Notes under the pieces: generated by a model
Database searches by the model: none
The model's input: only the letters and a program-made list of their open reading frames with translations
What the model was told of the DNA's origin: nothing
Source: Dicyema japonicum
Taxonomy: Eukaryota; Animalia; Dicyemida
NCBI GenBank assembly: GCA_011109175.1
Contig: RDEW01000008.1
Span: 1,600,513 to 1,664,512, forward strand
Length of the DNA stretch: 64,000 bases
Direction of reading: 5' to 3'
Translations under genes and position numbers: made by a program
Shown: in pieces, positions 37,862 to 49,027 of the stretch
How the letters are laid out: each line of letters starts with the position of its first letter
How positions within the stretch are numbered: position 1 is the first letter of the stretch

Positions 37862-38754
37862 CTAATTAAGGATTCTACAGAGAATCGTTGACATTTCTAA
37901 TATTTCGTCAATGATATATAAAAGTACACTGTAATCGTTGTTGTTATATGAACGAGCCTCATATAAATATCCTAAATACTCACTGTATTTCATATATATT
38001 GGAATTTGATTTGCTGTACAAATTCTTAAAAAGCACAAAATCCTAAGTAGTCTATACTCGACGTTTGATATATTTAAACAATTATAGTTTTTTAAATTAT
38101 TGGATTTCGTTATAAATTGTAATTTATCTGAATTTCCTAAAATGCAAATTTCAGTATTTTTGGAATTCCTTAACAAATTAATGACAATGTTAGCTTTCGT
38201 GGTGGAATTATATAAATGGTTCATGTTCTACAAATGTTATCAAATTAATTACTATCACTGAAAATTGTATTTTTTCGAATTCTTTAAATTTTTCGACCCA
38301 AATTCTGTTTAATTCCGTAAAATAATCTATTTGGTAAATATATTTGTCACGATTTTCTAAAAAACTAATAACGGAGTTAAATTTTATTGACTAAAACTAT
38401 AATTCCAAAATACCTCATTCAATTTATCCGTAATAAATATAACTTTATGGAGTGGTGTTAGATCTATCATTTGATTCTCAATACCAATGTAGATGTCTAA
38501 AAATAACAACATCTTCAAACATTCTGGACTTAGTCCCTGTTCTATACATTTTTTAAATCTGCAATTTCTACAATACCTGCTACCCCATGTATTTGGTCCG
38601 CAAGGAATTTGGCTATCACAGATAATTCGAGGGCATGATTTGATATGATATCTGTTAAGTTTATAATATTTTTTTACTTGAAAAATTGTTTACATGCAGT
38701 GCATATTCCCATCGTTGCATTACTTATCTTACCGCATACTCTGCATTGCGCCAT
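37862..38754 (-). CDS. Mini nuclear receptor copy B, intact, 264 aa after splicing
   Basis: Removing four introns (26, 24, 23, 25 nt; the first is 38652-38677) gives an uninterrupted frame: MAQCRVCGKISNATMGICTACKQFFKYHIKSCPRIICDSQIPCGPNTWGSRYCRNCRFKKCIEQGL...IWVEKFKEFEKI...NISNVEYRLLRILCFL...STILCRILN*. Confidence 0.88.
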
Positions 38755-39099
38755 TTTTTAATTTGTTGCTTATTCAAATATATATTATGTTATATGACTC
38801 AAGTATAAAATTTCATTAGCAGAGAGTAACATTATTTTTGGTACTTTTTGCATTATCTGGCTTCCACTTTATAGCGAATTAAAAAATAATTACTGTAATT
38901 AAAATTATATTTTATTAAAAAATTATTTTTATATTATATTCTTTGCATCTAGTTAACAACTGGTCATCTTTGTAATTTTTTAGAATTTTTAATTTTATTT
39001 TCCTGTCTCCATAAAATCCTTGAAATAGCTAATTAGAATTTTCGTGTTGTTCTGTGTGCTTATTATTAACACTAACCCACATTCTAATGTATAAATTAG

Positions 39100-39700
39100 T
39101 AGTTGTAAACCGCTCAAAATGCTGTGTATGTGCACCCGTTGTAAAATCCACAAAATATTAGCGGCTATTGACTTTCAGATGATCATATCCCACCTCTTTG
39201 AGGGAATTTGGAATATCTTCTCCAGCAGTCACATAGGAACATCGATCATTATTCCACATTTTTAGGCCATTCTTAAAAATGGCAGTTGTCAGATTCTCCA
39301 TATTTCGGTTGGGGATTGCTTCCGAGAAACATTGTTTAGTTTCTCTGCATATCTCCCCGAATACCAATTGTTCGAGTAACATCCGGCCTTGGCTACACTT
39401 TCTCTTTGAAAAATTAATTTCGTAATCTCAACACCATCCCCTCCACCTAATATTATTTGATTTTTTTCTTACCAATTTTTCATCTTGGAAGACGATTTAG
39501 CGATAACACGCATATTTCGCGCATATATACTGACCAATCGACTGTTGTAATCATGGCTCATCCAAGATTTTTTCCACGGAGTTCAACGAAGATATATTTT
39601 TGGTTCACATATATTAACCTAATCATATCCTCGAATTTTACTTTAGTTCCCTTTAACCACGTTCCCGTAAAAATTGATAATGATTTCAATATCGGTTCTC
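39100..39700 (-). mobile_element. Merlin / IS1016 (ISXO2-like) transposase relic
   Basis: EQLVFGEICRETKQCF...GYDHLKVN...FVDFTTGAHTQ. Confidence 0.72.
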
Positions 39701-40194
39701 AGAGATAAGTTAGATCGGCACACTTTTTTTTATAATACTATGACCGATGGAATGTCTCAAATCTTAGAATGTCTCTAACACGCAATAATTCTAGGGTCAT
39801 TCTTCCGCAGCAATGGAAGCCGCGTTATTTTTACTATTAAAAAAACTTTCTCACTAAAAAAATTATTTTTTTAAACTCGCTAAAAATAGATGTCAGATTA
39901 TGGATATTTTTTCTTTAAATTGAATACTTTTTAATTGTTTAAAAACTCTACTATTATTTTACTTATTACATATTTTCAGATTTTTATTTCGAAAAAATTC
40001 AGTCCGACGAATTCCAGAAGTCAAGTAAACTTGACGGCTACGATAAAATTTCATTAGTAATAATTGTGAAAAATCATATATTACTCATTTCAGTTTTTTA
40101 AACACTTGTTTGACCCAATGTCATTAAACTTTAATAACTTATTTTTTAATTAAAATTTAATTAAAGTCAATAAAGTTAATTTTTGAGGCAAGGT

Positions 40195-41190
40195 CTCCAT
40201 TATGGTATGCAGGCATTGAGGACGCAATGGGGATTACCATATGTTTTGGAAGATTCATCGTTTCATTCTAGGCTCTTCCTTTTGCAGTTCTGCAAGCAAC
40301 CCGATTAACCCTGAAGTGCCGAAGCCAAAGGACATCAGACGTCTCAAGTTAGATCGACTGGAAGGCAAATCAATCCACAATGGCACCGTACTTCCTCCTT
40401 TCGACCTGCGCACAACGATTACTTGAGCAGATTTGCCTTCGAGAAAGTATTCGTGCACTTTGAATCTTAGGCAAGACACCATTCTCCACGGAATGGCCGT
40501 TACATAGTCCTGCCTCTTGCTATCACCAATTTAAAGTCCGACGGGTTCCAGAAGTCAAGTAAACTTAACAGATACGATAGCCTTCATGACAGTTGAGTTT
40601 AGAATGGTGTGACGAGGGAATCTCCCAGGGTTCTGTCTGCATGACAGAGTTAACCATCTACCGCACCGGAATCAGTGTTCTAACCAGATATCGAGGCTTA
40701 GCCGAAAAACAACTCCAACACGCATAGTAGTATCGCGATCCAGTAGAGTAACAAATATGTGTACCGGAAGGATCGAATTATCAGCGGACCCCACATTCAG
40801 AAATGTGCTGCGATGAGTATCTGCGAACATTCAAGTTCTTTTAATGCATTTCTCGAAGAATTTTATCCTACCAGTTTAGGATTAGGAAATGAATTTTTCG
40901 GAACATCTAGCATGATTGTAGTGCAGTGTCGCACAACCGTGTTACGCACATGGGCGTTAGTTGTGAGATTTGACTCTCGAATAGTGCGATATCAATCATA
41001 TGATTTGAAAAAAAATTCCTCAAAATTGTTCTTTTGCTAGAATAATCGTGCTTTTCAGGAGGCTGAAAACAAGATGGAGCACGTCGCCAATGATTGGAGC
41101 GAAACGAAGATAATTGATCTTTTTTGATACTCATTAAGGCACCCTTATGTGAGCTGCCAGGTCAGAGATAGTGAATTACGTGACGCAGCT
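40195..41190 (-). mobile_element. CRE-like RLE fragment
   Basis: Minus strand reads degenerate LLEPVGL...IAVENGV...SSKTYGNPHCVL; homologous to 24664-25611. Confidence 0.6.
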
Positions 41191-41431
41191 CTAATATGAA
41201 TTTTTATTAATTTAATAACCCAGGATGTACCCTAAAAATGGTTAAGAATTATTTAGCGTCTAAATAAGGTAAATCTAGTTCTTACGGTAGAAGTGGGATG
41301 GATCCTTCTGAAAGTCAAGTTCATCCATATCTTCCATTATGAACTCTTCCAATGGAGTAGGAAAAAGAAAGATTTTTAGATGCCACCCAGAGTTAGGGGT
41401 CTTCCGAGTATGTTTGACCTCATGAGGCCTC

Positions 41432-41689
41432 TTAGGAATTGATAAAGGCAAAGAGAAGAAAGAATCCTTTCATTAATAAGAGGTGTAAGCTGGACGGTAA
41501 AAGCGATAAGTCTTCTTCCCTTCGTCTATTCGATTCGCATGGAATTTCATGCTGACAAATCATTTTAGGACATAATTTTACGTGGCTCCTATTAAGTTTA
41601 TAATATTTTCTACTTAAAAATTGTTTACATGCTTTGCATACTCCCGTCTTTGCATTACTTAGTCTACCGCATACTTTGCAACGCCTCAT
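41432..41689 (-). pseudogene. Mini nuclear receptor copy C, internally deleted (first finger and half of second only)
   Basis: MRRCKVCGRLSNAKTGVCKACKQF...CQHEIPCE, then joins directly to the block that lies downstream of copies B and D. LBD exons are absent. Confidence 0.8.
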
Positions 41690-41809
41690 TTTTTAATTTT
41701 TGTTTTTTTTCCAAATATATAGTATATCATATGTTTCAAGTATAAAATTTCATTGATGGATAATAAAATTATTTTTTTAATTTTTAAAAATATTGAAATA
41801 TAAAACCTT

Positions 41810-42515
41810 CAGAGTATGGCCATTCCAATCTTTTGTCTCAGCCATATCGCTTCTCGTTGATCCCTTTTCTTTCTGGAAAGCATTCCTCCGAGTTCGCGCA
41901 AGAACTCAGCCTTCATTAAACCAACGGCTCCCTATGACTCGACCGCAACAGGAGTAAATCGGAAGTGGTCCCCGAGGGAAGAATATTTCTTGTTTTTTAG
42001 GTTTTCCGCGGTCGAAGCAGCTGCTCCAGGTGTTTGAACCGATTTGAAAAGATTTGTGATTGAAAATATGTCAACACAAGTTGCATCCAGACCAAAAATC
42101 TTCCGGATGTGTAGGGGAAAAGGGTCATCCCGTCAGGTCTCTTTCCATCTTCTCGATCGAGACCCACTGGTTCAAGCTGATATGGGAAGCCTGTAGCCTT
42201 CAGAGCTCTGACGATCACAACGTTCAGAGCAGTGTGACGTGGTCCTCTTCCGGCGCTTTTCTGCAGGACAGCGGATGCAATCCCTTCGCATTGACTATTT
42301 TCTTGCATCGGCATCAGTGCTCCTGGCAAACGTCTAGTCCTAGCCTTTTTCCGATTCTAATACTCAAAGAATCGTCATCCAAAAAAGTCCCTAGGTTTGG
42401 GCAAGGTATGGCAGTAAGCCATGCTTCACTCCCTCCACTTGAAGCTGACACCAAACAAGCCAGACGATGTTGGTTTGCTTTTTTTTGAAGTCTTCCAAAA
42501 TTTTGGAGCAGACAG
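41810..42515 (-). mobile_element. Second closely related truncated CRE-like copy
   Basis: Aligns by eye almost base for base with 24862-25560. Confidence 0.85.
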
Positions 42516-42769
42516 TTTTTTATTAGATATTTTCAGATTTTACAATTTCTGAAAAAATAAAAATTTCATATTGATGAATTTCAAAAAATCATAGATTATT
42601 CATTATAGTTTTTAATATCGGTGTAGCCCTATGTCTTAGATAAGTGAATTCTTGGAGTCTGCCAAGAATGATACTACTAGTATCATTAGTATCATACTAG
42701 AACCACTCGATGGATTTCGATTTTGTATATTTTTATTATTCCACAATAAAATCTAGATACTGCAAGCTA

Positions 42770-43275
42770 TGAACCAAGCCGAATGAGAAGCAAGTCAATG
42801 TCGCTTTTAATTACAAATCTATGCTTGTGGAAGTCAAAATTTAGTTCATTTTCCTAACTGCAAAGTACTCAAAAATCATGCCAATTCTGACTGAATCTGT
42901 ACTTACATTTACTAAATATTAGAGTCACCTTGAGTGATTTCTCAAATGAGTTCCAGGAAAGATTTAGTGATTTCTCATTATTTGAATTCCAATTTTCATT
43001 ATTCTTGGCACCTTTAACCTCTGATGTTGTCAAATCAGAAATAAACTTGCAGATGTATTAGAACTGCAGTCTGATTCTACACTCAGAGCAAAATACCTAG
43101 AGTGGGGATACTTGGCTTTTATTCATACTTTCCTGAAAAGTTTACGAACTTCAAAAAGTTTTCAACGGGTATTATGGAATGTTTGGTTCTACCTATGTGT
43201 GAGCAGTTGTTTTTCTTCATGAAATAACAAAATCTTCTCAGAGAACAAGGCAATCTGATGAAAACGTATCATTAC
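42770..43275 (+). mobile_element. hAT (GTF2IRD2-like) transposase C-terminal relic
   Basis: MFGSTYV(C)EQLFSFMK..KSSQRTRQSDEN dimerisation-domain motif. Confidence 0.6.
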
Positions 43276-43869
43276 TAGGGCCATTTTTTGACTTCATAAA
43301 TTCGAAATTTTGTCCTAAAAACTGACTTTATTGACTTTAAAATTCCAAAATTTTGACTTTTTTGACTTTATGACAAAATTATCTAAAAAAATTTTTAATC
43401 AAAAACATTGTTAAAATATAGAATAACAAAATTCAAAACGTTTTCAGGTTAAAAATCTCGGTCTTAGATAGTAATTTTATCAATGGAATAAGATTTTTCA
43501 AATGCCCGTATATGCATAAGAATTATTTAGCGTCTAATTAAGGTAAATCCAGTTCTTACGGTCGAAGTGGGATGGATCCTTCCGAAAGTCAAGTTAATCC
43601 ATATCCGCCATTGTGAACTCTGCTAAATGAGTAGGAAAAGGAGGGATTTTTAGATTCCACCCAGGGTTAAGGGGTCTCCCGAGTATGTTTGAACTCATGA
43701 GGCCTCTTAAGAATTGATAAATGCAAAGAGAAGGAATCGTTTCACCAAGTAGGTAGTTGTGTTGGAATCTTGCCAACTGCTAGATGGTACTAACAATTTA
43801 CAAGTATAAATTACTGAATAATTGAATAAGAAAAATTATAAACCAACATATTATAAATTAATTTTTTTA

Positions 43870-44761
43870 CTAATTAAGGATTCTTTGAAGAATCGTTGAC
43901 ATTTCAAATATTTCTTTAATGACATAAAAAAGTAAACAGAAATCGTTGTTGTTACGCGAACGAACATCATATAAATATCCAAAATACTGTAAGCATTTAA
44001 AATATATTTGAATTTGATTTGCTATACAAATATTTAAAAAGCATAAAATCCTAAATAGTCTATACTCGACCTTTGATATATTTAAAAAATTTTTATAGTA
44101 TAGTAAATTATTGAATTTCATTAGAAATTGCAATTTGTTAGAATCTACAATGTCTAAAATTTCCCTATAGTTGCAATTCATTAAGCAATTAATGACAATA
44201 TTGGCATTTTTGGTAAAACTATAATAATTGTCCATATCCTATAAATTTTAAAAATTGATTACCGTTTCTGATAATTGTATTTGTTCGAATTCTATAAATT
44301 TGTCTACCCAAATTTTGTTCAATTTCGTAAAATAATCTTTTTGTAAAATATATTTTTCATGATTTTCTATAAAAGTTCTAACTGACTTAAATGTAATTGA
44401 CTAAAACTGTAATTCCAAAATACCTCATTCAATTTATTCATAATGTATAAAACTTTTTCCATTGGTGTTTTATTTTCTATTTTATTTTCAATACTATTAT
44501 AAATGTCTATGAATAAAAACATTTTCAAACATTGAGTGGTTAGTCCCTTCTGTATACATTTCCGGAATCTGCAGTGTCTACAATATCTTTTATTCCATCT
44601 AGTCGTTCGCATGGAATTTCACTTTGACATAATTTTTTAGGACATAAATTGATGTGTCTCCTATTAAGTTTATAATATTTTCTACTTGAAAAATCTTTAC
44701 ACGGAGTGCATATTCCCATAATTATATTATTTAGATTTCCACATACTCTGCAGGGCCTCAT
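43870..44761 (-). CDS. Mini nuclear receptor copy D (two -1 shifts in the DBD; pseudogene or sequence error)
   Basis: MRPCRVCGNLNNIIMGICTPCKDF...CQSEIPCE..RWNKRYCRHCRFRKCIQKGL, with the same four intron positions as A and B and open LBD exons. Confidence 0.8.
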
Positions 44762-45639
44762 TTTTTATTTTTTGTTTTTTTTTCAAATATATAATCTATT
44801 ATATGAGTCATGTATAAAATTTCATTGATGGCGAGTAAAATTATTTTTTATTTTATATGAAATAATTTTTTAGAGTTTTTTAATCATTCCAACTATTCAT
44901 TTAATTTAAAAATTTTACTGTTTCCGGAAAAGTATTCAGATTTTTTACTATTTCCGGATTAGTAATACACTTAAAATTTTATTACTGATAAATTCTGAAA
45001 AATCATATATTACTCATTTCAGTTTTTAATATTGTTTTAGCCGGATGTTCTTGAACTTTAATAGATATTTCCAAGATATTCAATCTTAAATAACTGAATT
45101 CTTTTAAGTCTCCACTCCTGAATGACACTAGACCAACTCGGTGTCCATTCGATTCTGGATATCTTTATTATTCCGACACTAAAATCCAGACATTTTTACG
45201 CATACAGATAATCTTCTGAGACAGCAATCATCAACCAACATAAATATCTCAAAATATTGTTAACATAATTTGTGTCATAGAGAAAAAACCAAGACTCTTA
45301 GTTTGGCTCTCTTACACAAGCAGTTGGGGTCGGTTTTCTCATGATCATGTTTGATCAAGTTCTCCTCCATTACTCTTTCGGATTGGAAACTCCAAGAGTC
45401 GTCATGATGCTTTTCTTTGATACCACTTCTCTTCATTCCAATAGCCTTTTTTGTGTTAGCCGCCATTTTCTGTGCAATTAGTCCAAGAGATTTAAGGTCC
45501 CCATGAGGCGCATGCATAGGAAATACACGGCTCATTTATTCTTGTAGAAAGCAGCATCCCATACAAAGGTTTCCTCTCTTGGAATGGGAAAATTGTGATC
45601 TCGTCTCCTCTGTCCAATTCATTTAATATTATTTCCGTT

Positions 45640-46340
45640 GTTTTCAATGAAATTTTTATTCTTGATGGCGGCAAAAACATAAATTTAGAAAATTTCTTAA
45701 TACACTTCTGAATTTGAGATCATTTTTATATTTTGAAGAAAATCCAAGTTCTTGGACTTTTCTCCAAACTGCTTGTCCAAAATAAATGTACAGCCATTTA
45801 TGAATGCCGAATCAAATACCTTTTCCACTGCATTAATAAGTCTCATTTCACAATCCACAATTATGTTTTTAGGGTTGGTTCTTGAGTAACTCTTAATAAA
45901 AATTAAAACATTTTTGAAAACCCACACACAAAAAAAAGAAAAAAAAAAGTGTAGATCATTCCTTGGTTCTACGAGTAGTTAAAATTAACTGTTCTTTACT
46001 TAGATAAAGTGTGTGTCCTGCCTATGCGGAGCTATAATATTATGGCTCTTGTGAAAAGGCTGTTATTATTATTTATTATTATTTGTCCATTGTTTTGGAA
46101 TCATAAATGAGAAAATCTTAATTTTTTAAAGATATCAGGAATATCACGACAAAATGTTTCAATTTCTAGTTTTGTTAATTTGTTTTGTAAATATTTATAT
46201 TGAAGACGTGCTGATACTTCTTCATTTGTAACGTTGCTTGTAAATTTTGATATTATTTCTCTAGAGTCATCTCTTGATCCTTGTGCTCTTTCATTAATAA
46301 AAATTAAAACGAATTATGATATTTAAAATCAAAAATGGCA
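45640..46340 (-). mobile_element. MULE transposase relic split by a SINE
   Basis: PKNIIVDCEMRLINAVEKVF...GCTF. Confidence 0.6.
45925..46082 (+). mobile_element. SINE family 1 3' half inserted in a MULE relic
   Basis: Identical tail segment ...gtgtgtcctgcctatgcggagct...aaaaggctgttattatt. Confidence 0.8.
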
Positions 46341-46469
46341 AAAAACTGGCATCTATAATTTCTTAAAGATAAAACATTTTTAATTAATTTTTGTATAATT
46401 TAACTCAATAAATTGACCCTTTCCTGAAAAATGATATTTAATGGCAATAACTTGTTGAACGGCGCCGGC

Positions 46470-47975
46470 CACAACAAGAACCACATTCCACCTCTTCACT
46501 CCCGCTAATGTCAAAAAGGCTATTAAATAGCTACGTCCCACTCGTGCTTGTGGTCCCTACGGAATTTGCACTATTCACCTCAAACATCTTGGACCTCAGG
46601 TACGGACCATACTATCAAGACTGTAAAACGACTCCATCAACTACTATGTGCTACCTAATATATGGAAAACCTCTTTTATTACGCCAATTCTAAAGTCCAG
46701 AAAACCAAAAAACGTTCCCTCTTCTTACCGTCTTATCTCAATAACTTGTGTTTTATCGAAAGTACTGGAAAAGCTTGTGTTAATGCACATCTCCCCTGCT
46801 CTACATCTATCAGAGTTTCAACATAGTTTCAGGGAGACCGTTCTACAACGACTTATTTAAGTTCTATCTCCCAGTTTAATACTGACGGATTCAACATGAG
46901 AACACACTTATGGACGGCCTTAGTATCCATTGACATATAGAAGGCCTTTGACTCTGTTCCGAGGAAACTCCTAACGCAAAAGATTTTTAACTCGAACTTA
47001 CACCCAAACATCAAGCTATGGCTGGAAAACTTCTTAACTGGACGAGAAAAGTCCGATTGACAAAACCAATTCAAAATCAAGACTACTCCACAATGGAGTC
47101 CTGCAAGGCTCCCCTTTTCAACCTATTTCTACATGACCTACCTACTACCAATGACCAGGACACTATGTTTTTATCCTATGCGGACGACCTAATTATCGCT
47201 GCAAGAAATAAATCTCCTTCCATGGCTGTAACAACTGTTCAGACACACCTAAACCGAATTTGTGACTGGCTATCTGCAAATACGTTATGTGCATCAGCAT
47301 CCAAGTCTCAGTTCACCTTATTCACTACGGAGAGAAGGTTTAAAGATGGGCTTGAGATATCCATCGGAAACAATCCCATCCTTTCTATGCGGACCCAAAA
47401 GATCCTTGGTGTAGTTTTCGATTCTCTGTTGACGTTCTCGAGTCACGTGGAAGAGGTGCTCGCCAAGGGTCTTCGGAAATGGAACATTCTGAATGCGATG
47501 ATAAAGAAGAGCCCTTTCCCCCAGCTGATTGCATCAGCAAGGTCTATCAACAAGTAATCATACCGACCATTGAATATGCCTGCTCCGCCTGGAGGTTTGC
47601 GATTCCCCTTTCGAGAGTGGACGTTTGAAATCTCTCAGGCGGAAAATTATGCACCACACGGACATCCCCATTGGCGACCTCGTTTCTGATGAGGCAACGT
47701 TGAAAAATGGCCAGGGTTTCCTACGTTTCTGAACTGGAAACCCGTTCAAGGAAAAAGTGGCCCATGTAGAGGAATTTCGGTCGGTAATAAAAAAAGTGCA
47801 CGTCGATCGAATTCCTTTGCAGAAGCAAGAGAAAACGCTTCCGGAGTGGGGTTAGATCATCAGAAGACCAATTGACGAGAATTCGGATGTTGCTGAAAGC
47901 TGGGATCACCTAATTAGTTAGTTTTGACCTATCTTTCCTGGTGGTCTTGGAATTAAACAAATAAAATAAATAAAT
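46470..47975 (+). mobile_element. Ingi/Vingi-like RT, same family as 10850-11893
   Basis: PNIWKTS...SYRLISIT, FLHDLPTTNDQDTMFLSYADDL, tail gggatcacctaattag...(TAAA)n. Confidence 0.82.
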
Positions 47976-48289
47976 GGCAAAAAATGCCCTAATCCTGTCT
48001 TTCTTTGTAGACAGATCCACGCCTCACATCCATATATCAAGCTGGGCAGGATTATTCTCAAAAATATGAAATATTTTTATTGATTTGTTATTTTAAAGAT
48101 TTTCCTTTTTATATTCGTGTCAATCAATATTGATTTTTATATTGAAAATTTTCTTTATATAATGCTTCAATCATTATTCATTTTTCTTATTTCTGAAAGT
48201 TTTCTTTTGAGTTCTACACTGAGCTGTAATTGATGGTCTCCACCACTCCTCTTTCGTATTATTTTTTAGATTAAAAATTTTTATTATTC

Positions 48290-48558
48290 GAATCCAACTT
48301 CTGTACATTTCAATTAAAGGTTCCATGCATTTACGATGCTTTGGCTAGACGAGTGACGCCGTCAACAGTCAACATTTCACTGCGATACCGGATCGTCTAT
48401 AAACGACATACGCCAACCATAAATAAAAAATAAAAAAATGTGAAAATCATTCTTTGGTTCTCCCTTTAGATTAGTTATAATAACTGTTCTTTACTTAAAT
48501 AAAGTGTGTGTCCTGTCTGAGCGGAGCTATAGCTAATATGGTTCTGCGTAAAATTGCA
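48290..48558 (+). mobile_element. SINE family 1, diverged copy (others at ~9140-9360 +, 24340-24530 -, 53680-53880 -, 55470-55680 +)
   Basis: Shared core gcatctacgatgc...gacgagtgacgccgtca.cagtgaa...tcactgcggaacc. Confidence 0.72.
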
Positions 48559-49027
48559 GCGTGACGCGATGTGGTGCTATGCGGGTAATTTTAAAAGTTT
48601 ATCTTCCTTCCCTTTGATGGGATCATTGGATAAACTTTACTAAGGATACGCCCAATGCCTGCTGTCATTCAAAAGGATCTAACTATTCTTTCTACTGGAG
48701 ACAACTTCGTCACTTGGAGGCAACTTCTAGAATCGCTGGAAAGCGTTAGGATCAAGGAGTTAGTTGGTTTGGTTTTATCCTTGGTCTTCGATATAATTTT
48801 ATTTATTTTATTCGAATTCTATAAAATTTGTCCTATAATTCTGGTGTCGTTGAAAACTTATCTTGATTATAGGCGTATGCTGAATTATTTAGTTAATATA
48901 AGATTAAATATTATTTATGTGCTCCCAATTTATGAAACAACATCTTTTCAGTAATGAGATTTTTTGGTTCTAAGGATAAAACTAAATGATTGTACCTTTA
49001 TGACAGACGATTTCATTTTGAGTAGAT

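Noticed and set aside
47686-47712. ctgatga-ggc-aac-gtt-gaaa hammerhead-like string
   Set aside because: Weak stem II, the cleavage triplet would end in G, and it lies in LINE coding sequence.
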